This document shows, piece after piece, positions 43,404-59,120 of a stretch of 64,000 bases of DNA. The position numbers and the translations under genes were made by a program. The DNA is from Eledone cirrhosa (taxonomy: Eukaryota): the NCBI GenBank assembly GCA_964016885.1, contig OZ024743.1:322090001-322154000 (forward strand), read 5' to 3'. The notes beneath the pieces were generated by a model. The model was not told the DNA's origin. It did not search any database and saw nothing but the letters and a program-made list of their open reading frames with translations. How positions within the stretch are numbered: position 1 is the first letter of the stretch; every line of letters begins with the position of its first letter.

Positions 43404-43405
<2 letters not shown>
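41053..43405 (+). mobile_element. 5'-truncated Neptune-type PLE inserted in (TA)n: thumb + GIY-YIG, long C-rich 3' UTR, hammerhead motif 43286-43316
   Basis: [69 protein letters not shown] (frameshifted). CUGAGGA-A-GGGC-UUAU-GCCC-GAAAC-CUC-GUC. The 3' end is also present at 23334-23411. Confidence 0.88.
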
Positions 43406-43499
<94 letters not shown>

Positions 43500-44222
43500 C
43501 TGGAACTAGCTGTTGAAACGGCACGAGCTCAGCCGTCGGGTCCCGACTCTTTATTATGATATATATAGATAGAGGTGGGGTTAAATATATCGAAGACCAT
43601 ATGCCAGTTGTATTCCGGTTTATTTTCATATCCACAATGCATATTTCGCAGAGGTAAACCTCTAGGTAATGTTCTTCTGACCTATTCCACAGGCATGAGT
43701 CCGTCAGATCGTATTTAAACGGTTTTCCCTTCAAAAAAGTTTTCTATTTCGTTCTGCCATGCTTTCGTTCCTTTTCTTCTCTTTGTTAATTTTCCTAATT
43801 TTATTATTATTAATCTATGACGAAAACATGTTCTTTCTTCTCCCCAGAATAATTTCAATGGGATACATTTTTTAACACACCTTACTTTCTTCTTCTTGCC
43901 TTCTTTATCTCCTTTTTTCACGAGACTATCGTTACCATAAAAGCACTATATCTTCTAGTCGTCACATAGAACTGTGTGTACCAGTTATGGCTTAATTGCT
44001 ATAAGTCCTTTGGTTTATTTCAGAGGCTGTGACCCCGGGTAGACCAGTAGTACTGGCGATAGGGGGTCGAAATAGCCAGATCTCCATCTCAACGGCTGAA
44101 AACTTTGGGATTCGGGGTTCTGTGTATTTCGTCTGTCTTTTTTACCCCCCAAAAAAATTTAGGTTTACCCAAGAAAATTTTTTTTTTGCCTTGTTTTGGC
44201 TCGTTGTCTTCTGTTTATTAAT

Positions 44223-44298
<76 letters not shown>

Positions 44299-44673
44299 GG
44301 ATCGATCGACTTTCGTCAAATCGGACCGAAGAAACAATGTTTCCGTCGGTCTTTCCAGTTGCTAATACGATCTATCGGTCGCAACTCCAGGTAGAAGGAG
44401 CAACGTGAAATGAAGTGTCTTGCTCAAGGACATAACGCATCGCCCGGTCAAGGAATCTAACTCACAACCTCAAGATTGTGAATCCAATTCATATATATAT
44501 ATTCCACACTTTCCGTTGCTTCACCATTTTGTTTGTTTACATTCGTGTCCTCTTTAATTACGTGTCCCAACGACTTTTTTTAGCCATTGCTCGCACCAAC
44601 CGGAGGTATAAGGTCTTTAAAGCGATGAAATACCAATGATGGTTGGAAGGTCACTGATGAAGGGCTAACTTTA

Positions 44674-44787
<114 letters not shown>

Positions 44788-44920
44788 GTTAAGGGTGAAA
44801 GCAGCGAACTTTAATCTGTTATTTTAATAAATATTTGCTCTACGGTTTTTATATATATTTATATACATAATATCCTCTTTGAATTTTAATCTTCACATTT
44901 ATTATTATTACTATATATAT

Positions 44921-45167
44921 ACCCAGTGCATTACTGGTACTTTATTTTATCGACCCCGTAAGGATGAAAGGCAAAGTCAGCCTCGGCGGGATTTGAACTC
45001 AGATCGTAAAGGGACGTAACCATGCTTTCGAGCATAGTTACGTCCCTTTACGATCTGAGTTCAAATCCCGCCGAGGCTGACTTTGCCTTTCATCCTTACG
45101 GGGTCGATAAAATAAAGTACCAGTAATGCACTGGGTAATTGCTGGCCTTCTGCCTAAAGTAGAAACA
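44921..45167 (+). mobile_element. SINE with perfect 100-bp 5' fold-back duplication and 14-bp TSD
   Basis: 44921-45020 is the reverse complement of 45037-45136. ATTACTATATATAT at 44907-44920 and 45168-45181. Confidence 0.9.
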
Positions 45168-45438
45168 ATTACTATATATATAGAGAGAGAGGAACGATCG
45201 ACTTTCGTCAAATCGGACCGAGGGAACAATGTTTCCGTTGGTCTTTCCAATTGCTAATACTATCTATCGGCCGCAACTCCAGGTAGAAGGAGCAACGTGA
45301 AATAAAGTGTCTTGCTCAACGACATAACGCATCGCCTGGTCCAGGAATCGAACTCACAACCTTACGATTGCGAATCCAATTCTCTAACCACTCAGCCACA
45401 CGCCTTGTTATATATATAAATATATATGTATGTATGTA

Positions 45439-45642
<204 letters not shown>

Positions 45643-45643
45643 C

Positions 45644-45739
<96 letters not shown>

Positions 45740-45744
45740 ACATA

Positions 45745-45847
<103 letters not shown>

Positions 45848-45854
45848 CATATAC

Positions 45855-45900
<46 letters not shown>

Positions 45901-45948
45901 TATATATATATACATATATCTATATATATATATATATATATATATACT

Positions 45949-45979
<31 letters not shown>

Positions 45980-45980
45980 C

Positions 45981-46011
<31 letters not shown>

Positions 46012-46013
46012 TT

Positions 46014-46155
<142 letters not shown>

Positions 46156-46211
46156 TACTATATACATATAATATATACATATATATATATATACATATAT
46201 ATAGTATATAT

Positions 46212-47419
<1,208 letters not shown>

Positions 47420-47830
47420 AATTTTTTTTAAGGCAACGCTTGTAATAACTCCAGTTAAACATGATATATATTAATAATAAATTATCGTTGTAATGTAATT
47501 GTTATTTTATAAATGATCTTATAAGATGTATAAAAATATTTTCAGACTTTTAATATAAACAACTACAAAAAAACAATCAATATTAAATAAATATATTTTA
47601 CATAATAATTGTTATAGTTATAACAATAAATATTACATACAAATAGTCTAACATAATAATAAAAAAATAATCTAACATAATAATAATAAAATAATCTAAC
47701 ATAAAACGAACAATAATATGTACAAATATACAAGTAAATATGATACAACCAATATTATAAGCATGTTATAACGAACTGAAAAAAAATAGTTAATATATAT
47801 TAAAAAAATTATATATAAATTAACAATATA

Positions 47831-48000
47831 ACTTACCAAACGAGAAAAATATTTTGATGATAAACGACGAAATACTAGAGGAAGATTCGAAAGTGAAACG
47901 ATAAATAAACGTGCAAATAAAATGGCGGATGCTTTTGAGCAACAATTACTCTCGTTGGTTGATTAGCCAATAAGACGATGAAATTAGCCAATAAGACGAT
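47831..48000 (-). promoter_or_regulatory. Candidate Pol II promoter and first-exon donor
   Basis: Two tandem ATTAGCCAATAAGACGAT (CCAAT boxes) at 47962-48000. YY1-like AAAATGGCGG at 47919-47928. Minus-strand G|GTAAGT donor at 47831-47836. Confidence 0.35.
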
Positions 48001-48238
48001 ACGTTACAAAATATGTTTGGCAGGGATCACCACGGTCAGCGATACCCCTTGAATTTTTTATTCACAAGCTACGCATATATGTCAGATATGCAAACTTAAA
48101 ACATTCTGTTGTTAGTCACTGCGTGTCTAACAGATATTCAATATAGAAATGGCTTCTACAGGACTAGAACTGTATATACTGTATATACTCTACTAGGTAT
48201 TGAGTACCTTACTTACTGTGGTTACCCCCGATTGAACC

Positions 48239-48281
<43 letters not shown>

Positions 48282-48637
48282 AAAAAGTATGACCCCGACG
48301 GCTCAAGTCGTTTGGGCGGCTATTTCTGGACTAAATCCAGAAATAGCCGTCGAAACGGCTTGAGCTCTGCCGTCGGGGTCATACTTTTTCCTATTTCCCA
48401 CTCTACTACCCTAAGTATTGAGTACTCAGGTGCGTTATGGTCCATCTGGTTCCTTACCACAATTCCTTTGGTTTATATATATATACATATATATATATAA
48501 CGAAGGAATTGTGTTACAGAACCAGATGGACCATAACGCACCAGAGTACTCAATACTTAGGGTAGTAGAATGGGTAATAGGAAAAGGTATGACCCCGACG
48601 GCATAGCTCAAGCCGTTTATATATTATATATATATGT

Positions 48638-49307
48638 ATAAAAGTATGTGTTCCTACATGTAATTAATACACACAGGGACACACGTATAGTCCAACCGTA
48701 TGCCAGTGTGGTTATCTTGTTTGGGATCTGAAACCGGGGTAAGGGCACATATAGTAAGTACAATGAATTTTGGGGAATTTAATTAGTTATTATTTTTAAA
48801 GATATTTTTCTGTGTTTACACTCCCTTTATTTTATGTTCTGGCTTGTTAATTTATTAACATGCCATTGAACCACACTGGCATACGGTTGGACTATACGTG
48901 TATCCCTGTGTGTATTAATTACATGTAGGAACACATACTTTTATTATTATTCTCCCCAATGGTAGAGAAAACTTTTGCCGTTTGAACGGCTGCTATTTTT
49001 AGCAGCACGGAATTGACCTGTCCACCGTGCTTTTGTCTTTGCACACGGTACCATAACGAAATTGTTTCATCATTCATTTACTCTCATTCTGAGGCAGTTC
49101 TGAATGGCGCTTGTTTGTAATTTGAACTCGGGAATTTTATATTCTCCGAGAGAGAAAAGCCTTCTGACGATGATCTCTTTCTAAATGGAAATCCGCTTGG
49201 ATTATCTATTTGTTTGGGATCTGAAACCACGGTAAGGGCATATATAGTAAGTAGAATGGATTTTTTGGAATATAATTATTTATTATTTTCTGTGTTTACA
49301 CTCCCTT
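48638..49307 (+). mobile_element. Retrozyme-like element, family D: inverted 5' arm + direct terminal repeats, ~493-nt monomer
   Basis: 48638-48713 is the reverse complement of 48869-48944. 48714-48827 repeats at 49205-49307. Hammerhead at 49159-49239. Confidence 0.85.
49159..49239 (+). ncRNA. Type I hammerhead ribozyme with extended stem II
   Basis: GCCUU-CUGACGA-U-GAUCUC..AAAUGGA-AAUCC-GCUU-GGAUU-A-UCUAUUU..GGGAUC-U-GAAAC-CACG-GUA-AGGGC. Confidence 0.82.
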
Positions 49308-49308
49308 G

Positions 49309-49364
<56 letters not shown>

Positions 49365-50512
49365 TATACATATTGAACAACCATTGTATCATAGACAGCC
49401 TATATATTTCCAGGGGTACTTAGTACCTGTGGCGATATTAACTTCTTTTAATATTCTCCGTTATGTAGAGAACAAATCTGTTGTTCTATTTAGCTGCTAT
49501 TTTTAGTGGCGAGATAGACAACACGTCTATGTTTACTTCCGCTTCTACTAAGGGCTGGTTCATGCATAGGTCAAATTTTCGGCCCCATTCGATCCTGTGC
49601 TAGCTGGCAGATGGCAATATATTTTGCCGTTCCCGGGACTTTTTGTCCTAGGAAAGGAAAATGCTTTCTGATGATCTAAACTTTCCTTTGGAGATTCCTA
49701 GGGATCTCCAATCTTTTGTGAAGTGAAACCGTTCGGTAAAAGCAATTGGAATAGGTAAATATTTAAATTATATTTTTTAATTTATTTTAAAAAATTGTTT
49801 GAATTTTGCTTGCTCCGCTTACCTCAATATTATATATACATATATACATATATATACATATATATACATACATACATATACATACGTATATGGTGGCTGC
49901 CAACTCGATTTCGAGTACGGCCACTACTTTATATCCATGTAGGAGAACCCCTACCGATGCGCTGAACGAGTGTGACTTTTTATATACATATATATACATA
50001 CATATATATATACATATATATACATACATATAGATATATATATATATTGAGTCGGGTAGGATCGATACAGATCGAACCTTGAGCTGATCAGTGGCGAAAC
50101 GCACATCACCTACCAATAAATGCAATGAAGGAGTAATCAATCGTCCTTGTTATCCTTTCAATATATTACACTCTGTATAGCTCTACACCTCATCAGAGAA
50201 GTGAACCTAAACATCGAGTGCTCTCCCGGGTGAACCTGCAGTAACTCCAAGTTACACCCCCTGTATATATATATATATATATCTTTCAGGGAACAGTAGA
50301 TTCAGTGAGACGTGGTGGTGGTGATAATGCCTGTTAAATCAATCACAATAGGGGGTAGTTGGTGTGTGGTATGTGAAGCGGACATCTAGACTTGTTTGAA
50401 CATTGTTTTGTATGTCAGTACACTCGAATGGATTCCAAAGAACTCGGCAGTAGCAACCGAAGCTTCTGTATTCCTATCTTCCACTCTTTTAGTTCTTCCC
50501 TCTTTCTGTATG

Positions 50513-50594
<82 letters not shown>

Positions 50595-50603
<9 letters not shown>

Positions 50604-50780
50604 AGCAGAAATAACAAAGCAGACGACACGGTACAACTAAAAAATATATTAGTTTAACGCTAATAATAGAAAAAGAGTCTTAACGTTTCAGACACTAGTC
50701 CTTCATCAGAAATTAGAATGAGAAATAGAAAATGAAACAGAAGGATATAGGGTGAGAAGTGGGAGGAACGGTATTAGAGT
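50595..50780 (-). mobile_element. Neptune-type pLTR remnant with intact-core hammerhead (50678-50712)
   Basis: UUU-CUGAUGA-A-GGAC-UAGU-GUCU-GAAAC-GUU-AAG. Confidence 0.75.
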
Positions 50781-51006
50781 GAATGTGAGTATACGATGGA
50801 CTTATTTAGTTACATCTACTCACAGGTTATTGGCCAAGCCGCCGCTATAGTAGACGACCTGAGTACCACGCAGCTGGACTGAACCCAGTCGAATGAAACA
50901 GTTCTAGTCTTGTAGAAGCCATTTCTATATTAAATCTTGAATATTGACTACATTACTTACTGTGGTTACCTCCGATTGAACCCGGGACTCATATACATAC
51001 ATATAT

Positions 51007-51175
<169 letters not shown>

Positions 51176-52166
51176 CTCACACACACATATATATATATAT
51201 AGAGAGAGAGAGAGAGGAGGCGAGAGAGAGAGTGGTGTCTACGATAACATATAATATATGTTTATACATGTTTTCATATACACTCTACTATGCTTAAACG
51301 TTATCTTAATACAACCGTCAATTATATATGCGTGCGTGCGCGTGCGTGTGTGTGTGTAAACCTTGATTGAAAAGATCATTTGATTAAAGGAATGTCATCC
51401 GAGGAATTAGGGTTCTTCTAATGTGTTTTCTTTCCTTATTTTTCAACGCGGTTTATGGTTTGATGGAGATTTGTCTACTATTTCTAATATTGAGCGGCCA
51501 CGTAGATAATCTCCCGTTCGCACATGGATGTGTTATTGTTTTCGTTGTTGTCGTTGTTGTATAGTCCCGGTTCAACTCTGATCCAGCAGATCGTTAGATA
51601 TATATTTGGAGACGCACGTCGTGTTGTGAAAATATGCAACTCCTGGAGTTTATAACCAGCGTAAAATATCAACAGTACTCCACCCGAAAACACACACAGA
51701 CACACATACTCATGCCATGACGTGGGTGGAATTCTTAGTATAGGTTAGACGTGAACAGAAAAGTCAGTGTTTACTTGGATAGGGGTGACCTAAAGACAGC
51801 AAACATTCCCTTATAAGTGAAATAGATGTTCATTTTGTTCTTCTTGATAAGGTACATTAACCTTGACCCGGAATTTAAGTGGTTAGAAATAAATATATAA
51901 ATAAATACGTAAAATAAAAAATAAAAATTGTTTTCTCATTCATGGCAAATCATACGATATTAAGGGTCAGGTTGAGGGTGAGATGGAGCTAATGGAATGC
52001 AAGGACTCTATTCATGCCATAAAAGGTGAAATATAATAAATACCACAACAATAGAGAAACACGTTTAACGGGACGAGGCAGTTGAACCCGATATAGACAA
52101 ATGTACATCACATTACTGTATTGTTTACTGTATAAGACCTGAGTTCTATACACCGAAAGTATGGAT

Positions 52167-52610
52167 AATAATTGTTTCTACTTTTGGCGCAAGGCCAGCA
52201 ATTTGAAGAGGTAAAGTCTATTAAATAGACCTCAGTGCATTACTGGTACTTTATTTTATCGACCCCGTAAGGATGAAAGGGAAGCTAACCACGACGGGAT
52301 TTGAACTCAGAACGTAAAGGGATGTAACTTTATACAGCAAAGCATGTTGTCCGACGCTCTACTGATTCTGCCAGCCCACCACCATAAGGAGAACAAATAA
52401 TGATTTCTGATTTAGGCACAAGGCCAGCAATCTTTGCGGGAGGGGAAAATCGATTAGATCGACTTTAGTACGTTACTAATACTTTATTTTATCGACCCCG
52501 TAAGGTTGAAAGGTAAAGCTAACCTCGGCGTGATTTAAACTCAGAACGTAAAGGGCCGTTACTATATGCCGCAAAGTATGTTGTCCGACACACTACCGAT
52601 ACAGCCAATT
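52167..52610 (-). mobile_element. Two tandem tRNA-derived SINEs
   Basis: Family consensus twice. A further copy at 54930-55112 (-). Confidence 0.82.
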
Positions 52611-53802
52611 TATTTATTAGTCACAAATGTTTGCAAATGGCACATTAAGGATAGTACAATACGATATAGTATGGTTTTATGGAAACACATGAGAAATAAC
52701 AAAATGGGGCATGTGATCATCATCATCGTTTAACACCCATTTTCCACGCTAGCATGAGTCAGACGGGTTGACCCTTAGGGAGAGAATCAGAGGACCGTGT
52801 TTTGTTCACCCGGGTCTGATATTGGCTTGGAAGCCCTTCCTAACGCCATCCACATTTACAGTGTGTGCTAAGTGCTTTTATCTTGAAACCTGAGATGGGG
52901 GGGGGCACTACATGGTGTGGGATAGGAACTAGGGAGGGAATTGGAGGCAGCTTGGGGAAATTGCGGATGTAGGTAATAGGGGATAAATATGAGAGTTGAA
53001 TGAGGGGGATTACATGTTCAATCCTAAGCAAGATGTGTCCAGAAAATGTTTTGTATTCAGCACATTACACATAGTAATGGTCATTATCGACTACCGATGG
53101 ACGAACAACCAACCATATTCCAAACATTTCGTTTCACTTAAATTCTTATAAGCGGGGGTAATAAACGGGTGTGGGGGGAATCAGTAATTGTATAGTGTAC
53201 GTTTGTAAATATGAGATTTCTTGTAATCTTCTTTTTTGTCATATATAATGTTTTTTTTTGTGTAAAATAAAATTATTATTAGATTCACCAGCTGCTGTAT
53301 CAATATGAAACACTTACAATATAATTTCGCGGAAAAATTAACAAAACTTCATAAGCGGTAGGGGGGGGGGGGGTAAATGCGGGGGAGTGGTTAGAAAAAA
53401 ATCTGGAAAATTAATGAGTGGTGGGAGAAAGACGATTATTCAATACCTCAGAGTAGCATATATAACTTTTTTTTCTTCTTTAACTATTAATTTAACCCTT
53501 TTGAGACCATTCTGCTTGAAAGCTGCCTACAGTATCGCTATGAAACCCCTAATGTTAAAACCTTTACTGATGTTACTGTCCATTCAATAAAACCAGAACA
53601 CATTAACCAACCATCAGAGGGTCTTTATAACACGCCTAACAACATCTACATCTCTCGGTAATTATTCAGAAAGTATCCGAAGAGTTAGATGTACTTACGT
53701 CTAACGAAGCCCCTGGTAATGCGCTAAGTTAAAATCTTAATACAAATATTTTAAACATCACATTATGTCTTGATTGTTCTCTTCGTTCGTTTGTACCCTC
53801 AC

Positions 53803-53860
<58 letters not shown>

Positions 53861-54146
53861 TAGATACATAGAAAGATAAACAGAAAGAGAAGTAAGATAA
53901 GTGCATTGTAATGCAACCGTAACTGTACTTAAAGGAATGGTGCAACGTTTATCATGAATTTGATATCAAAGTTGGTCATTATGTTACATCCGTTTGGCAG
54001 CCATATAACTACACTATCTATATGATGCACTATCTATTGGTTACTGGATAAACGATTTATTTATATATACATTATATAAGCATCACGCTTGAGGACATAC
54101 ATATATTTATAAATTTATATACATATATATATACATGTATATATAT

Positions 54147-54223
<77 letters not shown>

Positions 54224-54327
54224 TTATATACACATTTATATACACATATATAAACATATATATACATATGCACACATATATATACACCTATATATTTATA
54301 TACACATATATATATACACATTTATAT

Positions 54328-54422
<95 letters not shown>

Positions 54423-55763
54423 TTTATATATACACACACATTTATATACACATACATATATGCACACACACACATATATATATATACACACACACACATA
54501 TATATATATACATTCATACATATATATATACATATATATACATATATATATGTGTCTATATATACATATACTGATCGCACACATATGACTAAAGATAGCC
54601 TAGTTTTGACCATCCGGTTTTATTGTTTTTGTCCCAGGTCAACAACGAGCTACCAGATGTGACTTCTACCACAAACTTGGTTCAACCAATGCTTTGTGAG
54701 TAAAATGGATTGATGGAAAATGTATGGAATCCCATTGGGGAAACCTTCAATCTTTAACAACGTGACCTGGTCAATGATTGCCTTCAGTATAATCCAGCCT
54801 GTTGCTGGCACTGAGGCCAGGTTTCTGGTTTAAGGACAACTTTTTTTCTTCACCCCACCTGAGACTGAATTCTTTTAAACGGTCACGGGCTTGGCTCTTC
54901 CTCCTCTTACTAAGCCATAAATAAATAAATAACTGTTTCTACTTTAGGCACAAGGCCAGCAATTATCCAGTGCATTACTGGTACTTTATTTTATCGACTC
55001 CGTAAGGATGAAAGGCAAAGTCAACCTCGGCGGGATTTGAACTCAGATCGTAAAGGGACGTAACTATGCTGGAAAGCATGGTGTCTGACCCTCTACCGAT
55101 ACTGCCAATCCACATAAATAACAGCACCACGAAGATTTCAGTGGTGGGTGACAAAATGGTTTGTCGGATTCGTCTAGTTCGTGGCATATTTTTAGGGGAA
55201 GCGGCGGAGTAATTATTTGCTGTTAATATCTGTTCCCCCTCCACCTCCATACATGATTGACTGCAAATTACTTACCAATCTGCTTATCTAACGAATGTGT
55301 TAGACACGGACCAACGACTGTTAGTTATCTTTTGTATTCTCATTCTTTTGAGATTCATAATTATTTCACAGTACCCACGCTGATAAAGTTGTTTCAGTGA
55401 GGAACACATCCCTTCCAACCCACTCTCACCCTACTGTGAGATATTGGGTCATAAAATAACACTAGTTAGTTTAGAGTGGGTGGGATGGAGCTTGCTTTAT
55501 ATGTAGTTGCGTGGATATCTCTGTATGTGCGGTTGTGTTGGGTTGTCTGTATGTGTGGGTCTGTATCTATGTGTGATATAGACTGAGAAAGTACACAAAG
55601 ACGGAGAGAGTAAGAGTCAGAAAGGAATGGTGTTGGGAGGGGGGGGGTCGAAAGAGAGGAAAGGAGAGAGAGAAACGAATAAAAAAAAAACAAGAAAGAT
55701 AAAAGGAAGGAGAAAGTAAGATGGACAGAAAGAAACAATGTTTCAAATAAGAGGGAACAGTAG

Positions 55764-55796
<33 letters not shown>

Positions 55797-55798
<2 letters not shown>

Positions 55799-55997
55799 CG
55801 AAGGAAATGTGGTAAGGAACCAGGTGGACCATAACGCACCAAAGTACTCAATACTTAGGGTAGTAGAGTGGGTAATAGGAACGAGTAGGACCCCGACGGC
55901 TGAGCTCAAGCCGTTTAGACGGCTAATTCTGGACTAAATTTAGTCCAGAACTAGCCGTCGAAACGGCTTGAGCTCAGCCGTCGGGGTCCTACTCGTT

Positions 55998-56000
<3 letters not shown>
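55797..56000 (-). mobile_element. TA-targeted fold-back element, family A
   Basis: Reverse complement of 35909-36123. Palindrome centre TTCTGGACTAAATTTAGTCCAGAA. Confidence 0.85.
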
Positions 56001-56034
<34 letters not shown>

Positions 56035-56392
56035 AATATATATATATGTGTGTGTTTTATTATTATTTCTGGCAATATTATAACAATATGACCCTCCCCA
56101 AATATAACAATATATATATAATTATACTTTTTTACCTGTTCCAACCGATTGGCTGAGGCCATGCTGGAGCATTGCCATTATGCACAAAATTGCATGGCAC
56201 GGGGCATAAGGGTGGTATTGCATAATACTGTACACAACAGTCTAGAACAACACGCCTAAAAGATGAGACAACACAACATAGAGACAGGGGAGAAGTGAAT
56301 GCTTTTCAACTGAAAAAAGGACAGGATACAATGCAGATAAGTGGTGCATATAGTAAAACTGGAAGGAGGGAAATATAAATAGACTTTAGTCA

Positions 56393-56423
<31 letters not shown>

Positions 56424-58075
56424 ATTGTCAAACTGGTAAATAAACAGTTAGTTAAACAAAGAAGGAGCGCGTGACGTTGCAGTAGTAATAAACGTTTTAC
56501 GCGCCAAAAAAATGAAACACACACATATATATATATATATATATTCATAACAGGCTTCTGCACAGGTTCAGTTTGCCAAATTTTACTCACAAGGCAATGA
56601 TGAACCCGGGCCTGCAGTAAAAGCCACTTGCTCAAGAATCCAAGCAATGGACCTGAGTCTGAAACTACACGATTGAGAAGCAGTCACCTAATTACGCAGC
56701 TACGCGTGCGCCAATACATGTGTGTGCGTTTGATGTTATATAGAGAGTTGAAAATCGGTTAAATTACAATTAGAAAAGAAAATATTCTGCTAGATGTGTT
56801 CTGAATCTAGAAACAGCAAACAAGGGAGACAACCGCTACCAGTTAAGAAAAATTGTTGGAAAATAAAGTTTGAGTTCATATTGTCTGTAAAAATAGTTGG
56901 TGAAAGCAATGGATAAGTCAAATCTCTCTCAAACTACAGTCTATCGTTATTTGAGTAAAACGAAAGTCATAATCAATAATGTAGCATGAGGTGACTGGAT
57001 GGTCGTGGTTGGCTTGACAATGGCTTCAATTAAAGCTTAACAACAAAACAAAAAGTAACAACAAACAATAAGATTCAAGATGGCGTGACTGGTAAGCCAT
57101 TGAATGGGCATTGTTGTTTGAACATCAGATAGAATATATTGCGGTGTTCATTCCGGATTTCTACAATCTGAGTTGGAATCCAACTTTGCCGTTTATTCCC
57201 GCTGGCTCTGTCGCTTTCTTTCTCTTTCTCTCTTTCTCTTTCTATTCTCCCACTCTTTCTTTCCCTTCTCTTTCTCTCCCTACTCTCTCTTTCTTGAAAA
57301 GATATGATATGTTAAGACTTCGAGAGGGTAGGTTCGATTAGATTTTTAAAATGCATAAGACTCACCGTATCACGACGCCACCCCTATGGCTCAAGCAGCT
57401 TAGGGCTCAATGAAAGAAGGATGTTTATGAAGAGGTAGATGAAAAAGTTTATGAGCAGGAACATGTTTACAATGTTTAGAGAGAGAGACTTCATTAGAGA
57501 GAAGATTTGATTTTACAAATGGTGACGATTACTCGAAATAGAAGAAAACAGTGGGAAAGTAAAGAAATAAATAAAATTAAATAAAATGTAACCACAACAA
57601 AAAACTGTGCTTCGTACCAGCGTCTATTGTGATGGTTATTCATGCATGTTGGTTGCTGGAAGATAAAGAGCTGACATTATTGCGTAATGGTATCAATAAA
57701 GATCCTTTATTCTGGTGGCTGTGCCATTAACAGTATGTATAAATGTATGAATAGCAGCCATATTTTTTGCCTATTTTTTCGATACATCGTGTTGACTTTG
57801 TAGAATGTGTGTAATTAGTCTAGGTTGGTTGCTTTCTCTATCTTATATTGTCAGTAATATAGTAAGAAATGGTGAAGATGGTAAAGAAGGAGAGAAGAAA
57901 TTTAAAGATGAAAATAAACAGACCTAAAAGTAAGTAAACACAGACGAACGTTGCCAACCATTAAAAGCCAGACACACCCACCGCTCCATAAATACACAAA
58001 TACTTTTCGTTCTCACACACACACACACATTCACATGTATATATATATACATTACATATATATATGATACATATA

Positions 58076-58159
<84 letters not shown>

Positions 58160-58793
58160 CCGCATTCTACTTGCTCACACTATCTGTAATACTTGTTTAT
58201 ATGACTGTGTCATAGAAAGAATATGGTAGAATTTATATACTAACTATTCCGGGAGTCTGTGGAAACTGATACAAGGTGGCGCAGCTGTTGTTGTGTTATT
58301 GTTCTTGTTGTTTATGCTAGTCAACTGGCAGACTCTTTAGAGCATCAAACAAAACGCCCTGCGATATTTGTTCTGTCGCTTTACGTTCTAAGTTCAAATA
58401 TTTGTCTTTCATAACTGCGGAGCTGATGAATTAAAGTACCAGTCATATGCGTGGTATGGCGAAATTGTTAGAACCTCAATCAAAATGCATTGTGATGTTT
58501 GTTCCGGCTCTTTACATTGTTCTGCAGAAAATAACTGTAAATACATTTGGTTACTATACATAGCTCAGAAAATCGGGGAAAGTCCTCCGTATAGACAGTG
58601 GGCATCAAGCCACATGTCTTTCAGATACCAGTTGACTGCTGTAACCAGTATCTGAATGATATGGTGTTCGAGTCCTCGTAGCAACTGCTGACCACTTTTT
58701 GTTTTGGTTATCAAATTTTCTAAGATATTTATAGCCTCCAACTGTGATTATAGTGGTTTCCTGCGTCTGAGTTTTCTACATCTTCTATGATCC

Positions 58794-59025
58794 TTATTAT
58801 TAGCACAGATTATAGTTCAAGCAAAGAAGTTCTGCTTTCACTCTATTACAGGATCTTCTGAAACTGTTTCTTTCATAAGGTCCTGTAATAAGGTGAAAGC
58901 AGAAATTCTTAGCTTAAAATTTAATCTGTGCTAATAATAAATATTTATTCTACGGGTTTATATATATTTATCTATATACAATCCTTATCGATCTCTTTTC
59001 GGATTTTGGTATTCGTAATTATTAT

Positions 59026-59029
<4 letters not shown>
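58794..59029 (+). mobile_element. Fold-back element (arms 58794-58857 / 58877-58940) ending at (TA)n
   Basis: Diverged inverted arms. The 3' part is shared with 44790-44911 and 60369-60436. Confidence 0.65.
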
Positions 59030-59056
<27 letters not shown>

Positions 59057-59063
59057 GATATAG

Positions 59064-59120
<57 letters not shown>

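Noticed and set aside
43570-43740. Minus-strand peptide W..EEH..VYLC resembling a DNA transposon Cys motif
   Set aside because: Short and ambiguous; cannot be supported without a search.
50050-50270. Partial hammerhead-like strings (CAGTGGCGAAACGC on plus; CTGATGAGGTGTA..TATAC on minus)
   Set aside because: Each lacks the other half of the catalytic core.
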